Part shown: positions 1-9,670 of the stretch, one piece after another
How positions within the stretch are numbered: position 1 is the stretch's first letter
How the letters are laid out: each line of letters opens with the position of its first letter
NCBI GenBank assembly: GCA_963845515.1
Contig: CAWJSR010000029.1
Span: 64,001-128,000, forward strand
Direction of reading: 5' to 3'
DNA from: an uncultured delta proteobacterium
GTDB lineage: Bacteria > Myxococcota > Myxococcia > Myxococcales > Anaeromyxobacteraceae
DNA: 64,000 nt
Made by a program: the position numbers and the translations under genes
The notes under the pieces: model-generated
Databases searched by the model: none
Seen by the model: only the letters and a program-made list of their open reading frames with translations
Told to the model about the DNA's origin: nothing

Positions 1-578
1 GCCGCCAGCACCTCGTAAGGCTGGCAGCCGACGACTCCGTGGCGCCCCATGATGAAGGTCGGGATGCCCGTGACTCCAACGCGCCTGGCCTCGTCACCCA
101 TCGCATCCACGCGGCCTCGGTAGACTGGATCGCGGATCGCCGCCAGCGCTTCCGCCGGATCGAGCCCCGCTTCGCGCGCGCAGTCGGCCAGGACCGCGTC
201 GTCCTCGATGTCGCGCCCGCCGCGCCAGTACGCCTCCATGACCGCGTGCCGGAGCGGATGGAGCCTGTCCCGGTCGCGCGCGAACTCCGCAACCGCCAGC
301 GCCTTGCGGGTGTTCGGGATCGCCTGGCGCTGGGCGAGGCCACTCACCCCGAAGCTGGCGGCGAAGGTGACGAGCCGGGCTTCCATCGCCTGCGCGCGCT
401 GGGCGCCGAAGTAGTCAGCCAAGCTGCGCCCACCCGGCGGGGTCTCCGGATGCAACTCGAAACCCCGCCAGTCGAGCTCGACGTCGTACTCCTCCTGCAA
501 CCTGACCAGGCTGCTTGCCTCGGCGACGAAGCAGAAGGGTCAGACGAAGTCGGAGTAGAGGGTGATCCGCTGCTTCAT
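1..578 (-). CDS. DsbA/FrnE-family thioredoxin-fold oxidoreductase, probable selenoprotein (UxxC); runs off the window start
   Basis: Manual translation from ATG 578: MKQRITLYSDFV-[TGA 542..540]-PFCFVAE...WRGFELHPETP...GVTGIPTF...GCQPYEVL. The frame stays open to position 1. TGA replaces the first Cys of the DsbA CxxC motif. Absent from the ORF track. Confidence 0.85.
497..514 (-). promoter_or_regulatory. Putative bacterial SECIS hairpin of the DsbA-like gene
   Basis: Minus strand GCAGCCU-GGUC-AGGUUGC: 7-bp stem (one G-U) with a G-led loop, 32 nt after the in-frame UGA. Confidence 0.7.
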
Positions 579-623
579 CCGGCTCACATAGCGCCGCCCC
601 GTGCCTGCTGCCCACGGTATTCA

Positions 624-1181
624 TTACCGCGGAGCCTCCGCGCCTCCCGACGCGGCGCGCTCGCTGGCCTGCGCCTCGAGCTTCCTCAGCAGCGCCCGCG
701 AGAACGGCTCGAGGTCGGCCGGCTTGCGCGACGTGACGAGGTTTCCGTCCTCGACCACCTCCTGGTCCACCCAGCGCGCCCCTGCCCCGGCGAGCTCGTC
801 CTCGATGGCCGGCCAGGAGGTGAGAGTGAGGCCTCGCGCGACGCCCGCGGCGGCGAGCAGGAGCGGCCCATGGCAGACCGCGGCGACCGGCTTCCCGCTC
901 AGGAAGAAGGCGCGCGTGAAGGCGAGCACCCTGGCGTTGGTCCGCAGCCGCTCCGGAGAGCGGCCGCCTGGGATGACCAGCGCGTCGAACTCCTCTGGGG
1001 AGACGTCGCCGATGGCGACGTCGGCCGTCACGGTCTCCTCTCCGCGCTTGCCGGTGAGCCGCTTGCCCGCCTCCACGCCGACGATCACTGGCTGGTGACC
1101 GGCCTGCCGCAGCCGCTCGTACGGGACCCGGAGCTCCGAATCCTCGAACATCGCCTCGAGCAGGATCGCGACGCGAGCCAT
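624..1181 (-). CDS. PfpI/DJ-1 family type 1 glutamine amidotransferase-like protein
   Basis: FEDSEL, DALVIPGG, AVCHGP (nucleophile Cys), NLVTSRKPADL. GGAGG precedes ATG 1181. Confidence 0.9.
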   Translation of the reverse strand: MARVAILLEAMFEDSELRVPYERLRQAGHQPVIVGVEAGKRLTGKRGEETVTADVAIGDVSPEEFDALVIPGGRSPERLRTNARVLAFTRAFFLSGKPVAAVCHGPLLLAAAGVARGLTLTSWPAIEDELAGAGARWVDQEVVEDGNLVTSRKPADLEPFSRALLRKLEAQASERAASGGAEAPR

Positions 1182-1363
1182 GGCGCCCTCCGACCTCCGC
1201 TTCACCAGACCAGGGTGAGATGGAGCGCAGGGGGTTCAGGTGCCACGTCCGATCGGGGCGCCGCGCTGGCGGGAGGGCGGCACCGACGATACGCTCCGTC
1301 ACGGGCGGCGGTGCGCTCGTGGCTCGCACACCGGAGGCCGGAGGCCGGAGAGGCGGCAGAGAC

Positions 1364-1897
1364 ATGCGGCGTGGAGTCGCGCTGGTCGGATCCCTGGTGT
1401 TTCTGCTGCTCGCACCGGCAACGGTGGCCGGGCTGCTCCCATGGTGGATCTCCGGATGGCGGCTCCAGCCTCCGTTCCTGGGCGTCGTGCCGCTCCGGGT
1501 CGTCGGCGCCGCGCTGATCGCCGGCGGCGCAGCGGCAGTCCTCGACTCCTTCGCCCGGTTCGCGCTGCGAGGGCTCGGCACGCCCGCGCCCCTGCTCCCA
1601 CCGCGCCACCTCGTCGTGACCGGGCTGTACCGGCACGTGCGCAACCCGATGTACGTCGCGCTGGTGTCGGCGATCCTCGGGCAGGCGCTCCTGCTCGGCG
1701 AGGTGAGGCTGATGGCGTACGGGCTCCTCGTCTGGACCGCGTTCCACCTCTTCGTCGTCGGCTACGAGGAGCCCACGCTGCTGAGGACGTTCGGCGACGA
1801 GTACGAGGCGTTCCGGGCGAACGTGCCGCGGTGGATCCCGAGGGCGCGGGGGTGGAGGCTGACGCCGGCCGACGGCGGATCGCCGGAAGGCCCCTGA
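1364..1897 (+). CDS. Isoprenylcysteine carboxylmethyltransferase / phospholipid methyltransferase family membrane protein
   Basis: TM helices with GLGTPAP, LVVTGLYRHVRNPMY, EEPTLLRTFGDEY, VPRWIP. Confidence 0.85.
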   Translation: MRRGVALVGSLVFLLLAPATVAGLLPWWISGWRLQPPFLGVVPLRVVGAALIAGGAAAVLDSFARFALRGLGTPAPLLPPRHLVVTGLYRHVRNPMYVALVSAILGQALLLGEVRLMAYGLLVWTAFHLFVVGYEEPTLLRTFGDEYEAFRANVPRWIPRARGWRLTPADGGSPEGP

Positions 1898-1990
1898 GCG
1901 GGCCCTGGCGGTCGCCGCGCGGGAGACGGGGGAGTCCACCGCCGCGCCGCGCCTTCCGCCTCGGCGAGCGCCGCGAACACGCTGAAGAGC

Positions 1991-2590
1991 CTATCGCGCC
2001 GTTCTGGCCTCCTGAGCGAACTCGGTTGCGGCCGCAAGTAGGTCGTTGAAAACGGGGAGCGAGAACACACTCCTCGTGCGGTGCTGTCGCTTCAGCTCCG
2101 TCGCGACCTTCCAGAGCGCGTCTGCGGACTTCTCGATGAGCCACCGGGGGGTAGCCGGGCTAGTTCCGACACAGCTCATGAGCGCCGAGACGACGCCCGA
2201 CACGGACCCGCCGTGTACCAGCGGATCGTACCCGTTCACGTCGCTCAGCGTCTTCTGCAGCCGGTAACTCTTGCGTTCGAGGACGAAGAACTTGTGCCGG
2301 CGGTCGTCGACATGCTTCACGGCAACCGCAAGCCCCAGCTCGAACGGCATGTTGAAGCGGGGTGGATAGCCGCGGACGCGGCTGAGATCGTGTATGGAGA
2401 CGCGGCAGCCGCGGATGATCTGGAAGAGGCGCGCCAACCTGTCGGTGCTAGCAGGCAACTCCAGGACGCACCGGGGCCGCCGCCCCAGCATGCAGAGCCC
2501 GGCGACGAGCGCCACGAACAGCCTTTCGTACTGACCGTCAAAGGGAACGTTCAGGAAGACGGACTCGGCCGACGACGGGCGGGCGTGCAC
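1991..2590 (-). CDS. Hypothetical protein with TIR / nucleoside 2-deoxyribosyltransferase-like motifs
   Basis: VFLNVPFD, SIHDLSR, PRFNMPFELGLA, LSDVNGYD. Visibly more AT-rich than the flanks. Confidence 0.7.
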   Translation of the reverse strand: MHARPSSAESVFLNVPFDGQYERLFVALVAGLCMLGRRPRCVLELPASTDRLARLFQIIRGCRVSIHDLSRVRGYPPRFNMPFELGLAVAVKHVDDRRHKFFVLERKSYRLQKTLSDVNGYDPLVHGGSVSGVVSALMSCVGTSPATPRWLIEKSADALWKVATELKRQHRTRSVFSLPVFNDLLAAATEFAQEARTAR

Positions 2591-2598
2591 CGGAAGAA

Positions 2599-2832
2599 CT
2601 AGCGGCCGATCGGGCGAGGGGGCGAGATGCTGCGGGCAGCGGATGTGATCTTGGCTGCGCGTCTTCCGGTCTTCGACTTCGCCACGCGCAGGAACACTCC
2701 GTCCAACCCGAGCTTCGTGATGACGCGCTTTGCGTTTGCGACACTCGCGGGCGTGATGTTGGCGGCTCGCCGAATCTCTCCCGGCGTGGCACCCCGCACG
2801 ACATCCTTCGTGGGTCGGCGCAAGGTCTTCAC
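2599..2832 (-). CDS. Small basic hypothetical protein (77 aa)
   Basis: Lies 8 nt upstream of the TIR-like gene on the same strand. TAGGAT sits 6 nt before its GTG. Confidence 0.55.
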   Translation of the reverse strand: MKTLRRPTKDVVRGATPGEIRRAANITPASVANAKRVITKLGLDGVFLRVAKSKTGRRAAKITSAARSISPPRPIGR

Positions 2833-2885
2833 GTAGTGATCCTAACGCTGCCCCAGTGCTCCCGCAAGCGGGGGGTGAGGCAAGG

Positions 2886-4967
2886 TCACTTCACCCGCGT
2901 CCCCGGCGCGATCCCGTCACCCACCGTCACCAGCTGGAGATTCGGCGCCTCGCCCGCGGCGAGGAGCATGCCGTGCGACTCGATCCCGCGGAGCGGCTTC
3001 GGGGCCAGGTTGGCCACGACCACGATCCGCTGGCCGACGAGCGGCGCCGGATCCGGATAGGAGAGCGCGATCCCCGCCACGATGGTGCGCGGCGACGGCT
3101 CCCCGACGTCGACCTCCAGCTTCAGGAGCTTGTCGGCCTTCTCGATCCGCTCGGCCTTGAGGATCTGCGCGACCTTCAGCTCTACCCTGGCGAAGTCGTC
3201 GTACTGGATGACGCCGGGGACGGGCGGTGGCGCGCCCCTGGTGCTCGCCCTGGTCGCCGTCTCGGCGGGGCTCGCGGACTTCGCGACCTTCGCCGGGGCC
3301 TCCTGCGGGGCCACGACGAGCCCGGCGACCTGCTTCGGCTCCAGGGGCTGGATCTGGGGCGGCTTGGCGGTGAACTTCACCGGACTCCCGTCGAAGGGGG
3401 TGAAGCCCTCCGGCCACTGGAGGGAGAGGCCGCCGAGAGAGTCCGCGAGGCCGCTGGCGAAGCGCGGCGTCACGGGGGCGAGCATGACCGCGAGCGCGTG
3501 GAGCGCCTTGCCCAGGTCGTGGAGCAGCGCGCGCGACGGCGCGCCATCCAGCGACTCCCAGGGCTTCTGGTCCTGGAGCACCTTGTTGCAGACGTCGGCC
3601 AGGTCGTTCACCGCCCGCAGCGCGGCCCGGAACTCGAGGTCGAGGAAGCCCTTCCTCGCGGCGCGCAGCGCGTCCGCCACGACCTTGCGATCGAAGACCG
3701 TGACCGGGCCGCTCTCCGGGAGCCCGTCGGGTGCCCCCTTCGCCACCAGCGCGTGGACGCGCGAGGCGAGGTTGGCGATCCGCTTCTGGAGATCCGCGTT
3801 CACCCGGCTGCGGAACTCCTCCAGCGACAGGTCCAGGTCGGAGACGCCCGGCCCGAGGTTGGCGGCGTAGAAGTAGCGGAGCAGCTCGGGATCCAGCCCG
3901 GTGTCGAGGTAGGTCTTCGCGGTGATGAAGGTCCCGCGCGACTTGGACATCTTCTCGCCGTTCACCGTGAGGTGGCCGTGGACCGCCATCCGGTCGGGCC
4001 GCTTCACGCCGGTCGACCAGAGCATCGCCGGCCAGAAGACCGCGTGGAACCGGAGGATGTCCTTCCCGATGAAGTGCTCGAGCCGTGCGGGCGCCCCCTC
4101 CGCCAGGTAGCCCTTCTCGAAGGCGGCCGCGTCGAGCCGGCGCTCCGCCGGGGCCTCCTCGGCGAAGTAGTGCTCGGCCGACGAGAGGTAGCCGATCGGC
4201 GCGTCGACCCAGACGTAGAGGAACTTCCCGGGGAACTCCGGATCCTTCACGGGGAAGCCGAAGTACGGCGCGTCGCGCGTGATGCACCAGTCCTGGAGGT
4301 CGGCGAGCCAGCCCTTCACCTGCTCGCGGACGGCCGGCTCCAGGTGCCCCTCCGCCTCCACCCACTCGCGGATGATCGGCGACACCTTCTTCAGGTCCAC
4401 GTAGGCGTGATCCGACGAGCGGACGACTGGCGCGGAGCCGCAGATGGCGCACGCCGGCGACTTCAGCTCGCGCGGATCGTAGGTCGTCCCGCAGCTCTCG
4501 CAGACGTCGCCGTACTGGTCGGGCGTCCCGCACTTGGGGCAGGTCCCCTTCACGTACCGGTCCGGGAGGAAGCGCTGGTCCTTCTCGCAGAAGAGCTGCT
4601 CGACCGACTTCTTGTAGATGAGCCCCTTCGCCTTGAGCGCGTCGTAGATCCGGTAGGCCCACTTCGCGTTCTCGTCCGAGTCGGTCGTGTAGTACGTCGA
4701 GAACTGGACGCCGAACCGCTTGAAGTCCTCGTGCTGCTCGACGCGGTACTTCTCGACGAAGGCCTTCGGCGACATCCCCGCCCTGGTCGCGTTCACCTCG
4801 ATCGGCGTGCCGTGCGAGTCGGCCGCGCAGACGTAGGTGACGTCGTCGCCACACGCGCGGCGGAACCGGACGTAGACGTCGGTCTGGATGTACTCGACCA
4901 GGTGGCCGAGGTGGATCGAGCCGTTGGCGTACGGCAGCGCGCTGGTGACGAGGACTCTCTGGCTCAA
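2886..4967 (-). CDS. metG: Methionine--tRNA ligase with C-terminal tRNA-binding domain
   Basis: TSALPYANG, HLGH, Zn-knuckle cysteines, KMSKS, C-terminal OB-fold (NLAPKPLRGIESHGM). TTG start overlaps the holA stop. Confidence 0.97.
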   Translation of the reverse strand: MSQRVLVTSALPYANGSIHLGHLVEYIQTDVYVRFRRACGDDVTYVCAADSHGTPIEVNATRAGMSPKAFVEKYRVEQHEDFKRFGVQFSTYYTTDSDENAKWAYRIYDALKAKGLIYKKSVEQLFCEKDQRFLPDRYVKGTCPKCGTPDQYGDVCESCGTTYDPRELKSPACAICGSAPVVRSSDHAYVDLKKVSPIIREWVEAEGHLEPAVREQVKGWLADLQDWCITRDAPYFGFPVKDPEFPGKFLYVWVDAPIGYLSSAEHYFAEEAPAERRLDAAAFEKGYLAEGAPARLEHFIGKDILRFHAVFWPAMLWSTGVKRPDRMAVHGHLTVNGEKMSKSRGTFITAKTYLDTGLDPELLRYFYAANLGPGVSDLDLSLEEFRSRVNADLQKRIANLASRVHALVAKGAPDGLPESGPVTVFDRKVVADALRAARKGFLDLEFRAALRAVNDLADVCNKVLQDQKPWESLDGAPSRALLHDLGKALHALAVMLAPVTPRFASGLADSLGGLSLQWPEGFTPFDGSPVKFTAKPPQIQPLEPKQVAGLVVAPQEAPAKVAKSASPAETATRASTRGAPPPVPGVIQYDDFARVELKVAQILKAERIEKADKLLKLEVDVGEPSPRTIVAGIALSYPDPAPLVGQRIVVVANLAPKPLRGIESHGMLLAAGEAPNLQLVTVGDGIAPGTRVK

Positions 4968-6376
4968 GGGTTGCTCCTTCCGCGTGTCTCTGGCGCGAGC
5001 AGCGCGACGAGGACGCGCTCGAGGCGCATCCGCCCGTCCTGCCCGCTCTTGATGGCGACGTCGGCGTCGGCGAGGCCGGCGATGGCCTCGAGCAGCTCGG
5101 CGAGGTCGAACCGGGTCGACGCCTGGTACTTCATCCAGAAGCCGTACGGCTTCTTCCTGCCGATCTCCTCCTCGGGGATCGTGGGGAAGACGATCGACTC
5201 CCAGTCGCGGGAGGAGGCGATCCGGCGACCGCCGGACGCCTTCCGCGCGCGCTCCTTCTCCACGACGAGCCGCCGAAGCGTCCCGGCGAGGGTCGCGAGG
5301 AGCATCAGGGGGTGGCCACCGTCGGCGATCGATCGGTCCACGACGCCGAGCGCCTCGGAGAGGTCGCGCGACTCCACGGCATTTCCGAGCGCGAAGAACG
5401 GGTCCGAGGCGACCCGCGTGACCACCGCGTCGACGTCGGCGGGGCCGATCGTGCTGCGGTCGCCGACGTAGGAGACCAGCTTCTGCAGCTCGGTGGCGAG
5501 CGCGCGCGCGTCGGCGTCGACCAGCTCTCGGAGCCGCTCCACCGCTGCCGGCTCGGCCCGCTTGCCGGTGCCGGCGAGGAGCGTCGCCACAGCAGGCCCG
5601 AGGAGCGGCTTCGCCTCGAAGTTCGGCTCACGCTCTATGACCGTCTTCACCCGCCGCCCGGCCTCGGCGAGCTTCTTCGCGAGCGGCAGCTTGATGTCGA
5701 TCTTGCCTGCGGCGACGACCAGCACGTGCCCCGGCGGCAGGCCGGCGGCGAGCAGGTCGTCCAGCGCGCCGGTGTCGTCCTTCGGCGGCTTCATCTCCCG
5801 CTCGATCGCGAACGCCGCGGCCGCCTCGACGAAGGCGAGCCCCGCCTCGTCCAGGGCGAAGCCGAACTCCCTCTTGAACTTCTTCGCGAGCGCCGCCCTG
5901 GCCTTCGCCGGATCCTCGCCCGCCTGGGGCTGGAGATCGACCGCGCCGAGCCCTGCCTTCCCAGCCAGGGCGAGGAGCCTGCGCGCCGCCTCGCGCTGGC
6001 GCCCCTCCCCCCACTGCTCGACGGCGCGGGCGAAGGACTCCTCGACGTCCTCCTTCGACGCGAGGAAGGCGGGCTCCTGGACCAGCACCACCTTGCCGCC
6101 GGTGGAGAAGAGGCCGCGGGTCCGCAGCTCGCCGGCCACCTCGCCGGGCGAGGCTGCGGCGTCGAGCTCCAGCAGGTTGAGCGAGCGCTGCCCCTCGGGG
6201 ACCAGGGCGTAGGCCAGCTCGCGGGCCGCGCGGAGCGCAAGGAAGGCGTCGCCATCGAAGAGGTAGACGGGCGCGGGCTTCCCAGCGCGCGCCTCAGCCA
6301 GGCAGTCCTCCAGCGAGGCGCCAGCGGCTGCGGGCGCCGGCCGACCGCGGCCGTACGGTGCCTTACCCGCGGCCAT
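4964..6376 (-). CDS. holA: DNA polymerase III subunit delta
   Basis: PVYLFDGD, ELQKLVSYVG, ADVAIKSG...LERVL. Adjacent to holB. Confidence 0.85.
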   Translation of the reverse strand: MAAGKAPYGRGRPAPAAAGASLEDCLAEARAGKPAPVYLFDGDAFLALRAARELAYALVPEGQRSLNLLELDAAASPGEVAGELRTRGLFSTGGKVVLVQEPAFLASKEDVEESFARAVEQWGEGRQREAARRLLALAGKAGLGAVDLQPQAGEDPAKARAALAKKFKREFGFALDEAGLAFVEAAAAFAIEREMKPPKDDTGALDDLLAAGLPPGHVLVVAAGKIDIKLPLAKKLAEAGRRVKTVIEREPNFEAKPLLGPAVATLLAGTGKRAEPAAVERLRELVDADARALATELQKLVSYVGDRSTIGPADVDAVVTRVASDPFFALGNAVESRDLSEALGVVDRSIADGGHPLMLLATLAGTLRRLVVEKERARKASGGRRIASSRDWESIVFPTIPEEEIGRKKPYGFWMKYQASTRFDLAELLEAIAGLADADVAIKSGQDGRMRLERVLVALLAPETRGRSNP

Positions 6377-7409
6377 GGAACCACCCTATGAAGAGCCGCT
6401 CCAGCGCCAGGACCGGCTGCCCGTTCTGCCGGAGGCCGGCGAGCGTCCGGAGGACCTCGTCGCGGCGCCGCAGCGTCTCGCCCGGCCCGATGGCGGAGGC
6501 GATCCGGCGCGTCGCGCCGCCGAGATCCACCAGCGCCAGCGCGTCCCCGCCAGCCTGCGCCACGGCCACGTCGCGCAGCCAGACGAGGAGCAGCTCGCAG
6601 AGCGCCTCGGCCTCCTCGCGCTTCTCCCCCTCGGCGCGCGCCAGCGCCAGCCACCCCATCGGATCGTCGGGCGCGAGTGCCGCCACCCCCTCCACCGCAG
6701 TCCGCCGCTCCCCCAGCTCGTCGTCGTCGAGCGCGAGCGCCCGCCCCAGCGAGCCGCCGGAGACTGCCGCGGCGAGCCTGGCGCGGTCGGGCGCGTGCCC
6801 CTCGATCACCAGCCGCTCGGCGATGGTCCCGGCGGGGATCGGTCCGAAGGGGACGCGCAGGCAGCGCGACCGGATCGTCGGCAGCAGCGAGTCCGGGCTC
6901 GACGCGACCAGCACGAGCGTAGTGTCCGCGGGCGGCTCCTCCAGCGTCTTGAGGAGCGCGTTCTGCGCCTGGGCGTTCATCGCGTCGGCCGGGTCGATGA
7001 TGACGAACCGGCGGCGTCCCTCGTATCGGCGCAGCGCGAGCCCGTGATCCACCAGGTCGCGCACCTGATCGACCACGATGTCGCGGGACGGCGTGCGCCC
7101 GGACTTCGCCTCCCAGCGCCCCGCCTTCACCATCGCCCGCTCCTCCGCGAGCACGGTGACGTCGGGGTGGATCCCCTTCTCGATCTTGTGGCACGGGCCG
7201 CACCCGCCGCAGGGATCCTCCCGGTAGCCGTGCGGTCCGGGGGAGCCGGCCTCGCAGTTGGCTGCCTGCGCCAGGATCCGCGCTGCGCGCGCCTTCCCGA
7301 CCCCTTCCGGCCCGCCGAAGAGGTAGGCGTGGTGGAGCGTACCCCGCCGCAGCGCGGCGCGAAGTGACGAGATGGCGCGCTCCTGCGCGATGACCTCGGA
7401 GAAGGGCAT
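6363..7409 (-). CDS. holB: DNA polymerase III subunit delta'
   Basis: HAYLFGGPEGVGK, Zn cysteines, HPDV, AQNALLKTLEEPP, TIRSRC. Confidence 0.93.
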   Translation of the reverse strand: MPFSEVIAQERAISSLRAALRRGTLHHAYLFGGPEGVGKARAARILAQAANCEAGSPGPHGYREDPCGGCGPCHKIEKGIHPDVTVLAEERAMVKAGRWEAKSGRTPSRDIVVDQVRDLVDHGLALRRYEGRRRFVIIDPADAMNAQAQNALLKTLEEPPADTTLVLVASSPDSLLPTIRSRCLRVPFGPIPAGTIAERLVIEGHAPDRARLAAAVSGGSLGRALALDDDELGERRTAVEGVAALAPDDPMGWLALARAEGEKREEAEALCELLLVWLRDVAVAQAGGDALALVDLGGATRRIASAIGPGETLRRRDEVLRTLAGLRQNGQPVLALERLFIGWFHGRG

Positions 7410-7468
7410 TGAACGGCGCGGAAGATAGCACGAGGTGCGCGGCGGGCGCCCCCTCGCGCTCAGGCGCG

Positions 7469-9424
7469 TCAGCCCACGAGGGCGCCGACCCGCTCCCGCA
7501 GGATCGCCGCGTCGAACGGCTTCTCGATTCGCGGGAGCGGCACGCGTTCGATGAACTCGCGGGCGCCTCCCGTGGAGTCCCCGCCCGTCAGCACGATCAT
7601 GCGCCGCGCCTGGTCGGGCGCCAGGCGCTCCAGGGCGGCGTGGAGCTCCCAGCCCTTCATCCCAGGCATCATGAGGTCGCACAGGATCGCGTCGAACCGC
7701 TCGCCCCGGCTGATCGCGTCGAGCGCGTCCTCGGCGCGGGTCCGCAGCTCCACGTCGTGCTCGCCGGCGAGCAGCCGCCGGACCGCGAGCCCGATCGCCG
7801 GCTCGTCATCGACGACCAGGATCCGCCCCCGACGCGTGGCCCGCGCAGCCGCCGCTCCGACCACGGGCGGATCGTCCACTCCCCCGGGCTGGGCCGCCGG
7901 GAGCACCACGCGCATCACCGTCCCAGCGCCACGCCCGGGCTCCACCGTGATCTCCCCCCCCATCCCCACCACGATGGTCCGGGAGATCGCGAGGCCGAGA
8001 CCGGTCCCGACCCCCCGCGGCTTCGTCGTGAAGAACGGGTCGAAGATCCGGCCGGCCAGCTCGGGGGAGATCCCGGCGCCAGTGTCCCGGACCTCCAGGA
8101 GCGCCCGTCCCGAGGCGTCGGTCCCGATCACGACGCGGATCTCGTTCTCACTGGCGCGCCCCTCCGGGATCGCGTGGGCCGCGTTCACGAGCAGGTTCAG
8201 GACCACCTGCCCGAGCCGCGCCTCGTCCCCCACGACCGCGGGCGCGTCGCGGTACTCCCGCTCCAGCCGCGCCCGGGGCTGAAGCTCGCTGGCGGCCATG
8301 CGGACTGCCGACTCCACGATCGGCTGCAGCTCCACCCGCGCGCGCCGCTCCTCACGGGTCCCGGAGAGCGCCCGCAGGTCCCGGACCACCTGGCGAACCC
8401 GGTGGGCCCCCTCGCGCGCCTCCGCGAGCGCCCGCGCTGCCTCCGCCTCGGCCACCACGCCGGTCGCCGCGCCGGCCGAGCGCTGTTCGTCGAGGAAGTC
8501 GAGCGCTGCCATCATGAAGGAGAGCGGGTTGTTGATCTCGTGCGCCACGCCGGCCGCGAGCATCCCGACCGACGCGAGCCGGTCGGTCAGCATGAGCTGC
8601 TCCTGCGCCAGCTTCTGGTCGCTGATGTCGAAGATCGTGCCGACGAGCTGGATCGGCACGTGAACGTCGCCGACCCTGGCAAGCCGCACGATGCCGCTCG
8701 CGGCGACCCATCGGACGGTGCCGTCGGGCCGGAGCCAGCGGTACTGGTCCTTGTACCGGCCGTCCCCGGCCGGATCGAGCCACCTCGCCGCCGCCTCGCG
8801 CACCTGCTCCCGATCGGCCGGGTGGACGTGCTCGAGGAAGGCCTCGAAGTCCCGGATCGGCTCGTCGCCGACTCCGAAGATCTCGCGGCAGCGGGGCGAC
8901 AGCTGCAGCGGCCCGTACGGCACCGCGTAGAACATCCCGAGCCCGGCGGCCTCCACCGCGAGGACGAGGCGATCTTCGCTCTCGCGCAGCGCCGCCTCCA
9001 TCGCCCGCCGCCCCGAAGCGTCGCGGACGACGCTGACCAGCACCCTGACGCCGCCGACGCTCGCGCCCGAGGCGCTCACCTCCACCGGGAAGGTGCTGCC
9101 GTCCTTGCGTCGATGGACGGTGTCGAACCGGAGCCCGCGGACGTCGGCCTCGGCCATCTGGTCGGCCGCGCCGGAGACGGTCTCCTGCGCTCGAAGGTCG
9201 CTCACGTGCAGCGCCCGAAGCTCCTCGCGCGTCCAGCCATAGGCCGCTTCGGCGGCGGCGTTGGCTTCGAGGATCCGCCCGTCCTCCCGCCGGATGAAGA
9301 GGACGATGTCGCGGGCGTGGTCGGCGAGCAGCAGGTAGAGGTCGGCAGGCTGCGGGCCCGCCGGCGACGCCGGAGCGCCATGCCCTCCGCTCGATCCCCC
9401 TGCAGCTCCGGAACCTGTCACCAC
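7469..9424 (-). CDS. PAS-PAS hybrid histidine kinase / receiver (start approximate)
   Basis: Two PAS domains, H-box AHEINNPL, NLLVNAAHA, DTGAG, FFTTK..GTGLGL, C-terminal REC (ILVVDDE, DLMMP). Confidence 0.9.
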   Translation of the reverse strand: MVTGSGAAGGSSGGHGAPASPAGPQPADLYLLLADHARDIVLFIRREDGRILEANAAAEAAYGWTREELRALHVSDLRAQETVSGAADQMAEADVRGLRFDTVHRRKDGSTFPVEVSASGASVGGVRVLVSVVRDASGRRAMEAALRESEDRLVLAVEAAGLGMFYAVPYGPLQLSPRCREIFGVGDEPIRDFEAFLEHVHPADREQVREAAARWLDPAGDGRYKDQYRWLRPDGTVRWVAASGIVRLARVGDVHVPIQLVGTIFDISDQKLAQEQLMLTDRLASVGMLAAGVAHEINNPLSFMMAALDFLDEQRSAGAATGVVAEAEAARALAEAREGAHRVRQVVRDLRALSGTREERRARVELQPIVESAVRMAASELQPRARLEREYRDAPAVVGDEARLGQVVLNLLVNAAHAIPEGRASENEIRVVIGTDASGRALLEVRDTGAGISPELAGRIFDPFFTTKPRGVGTGLGLAISRTIVVGMGGEITVEPGRGAGTVMRVVLPAAQPGGVDDPPVVGAAAARATRRGRILVVDDEPAIGLAVRRLLAGEHDVELRTRAEDALDAISRGERFDAILCDLMMPGMKGWELHAALERLAPDQARRMIVLTGGDSTGGAREFIERVPLPRIEKPFDAAILRERVGALVG

Positions 9425-9670
9425 GGCCGCCCCCGCCGGGGCTGCCGCAGGCCCCGGCCTTCGATTCTCCCGTCGGCGGCCCACCGAGGCAACCGCGTGG
9501 CGCCCGCGCAGCGCTTCCTCGATGGGGCGGGAGCCGCGCGCAACTCTGTTCCTCCCTGGAACAGTCATTTCCTCGGTGAGCGATTGTTTTCCCCTGAAGG
9601 GCCCTGCTAGAAGGGCCCCGCGTCGGCGGCCAGACCATTGGCGAGCCAGCCGACATCGGAGGGTGACCAC

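Noticed and set aside
39..1517. Long Arg/Pro/Gly-rich antisense or off-frame ORFs (also 2856..5471, 39124..42171, 52662..56900)
   Set aside because: Shadow ORFs expected at high GC. They overlap well-supported genes and lack recognisable motifs.
1895..1923. GGTC-loop mini-hairpin after the TGA of the methyltransferase gene, as a third SECIS
   Set aside because: Only a 3-4 bp stem, the loop is 12 nt from the UGA, and there is no Cys-like context.
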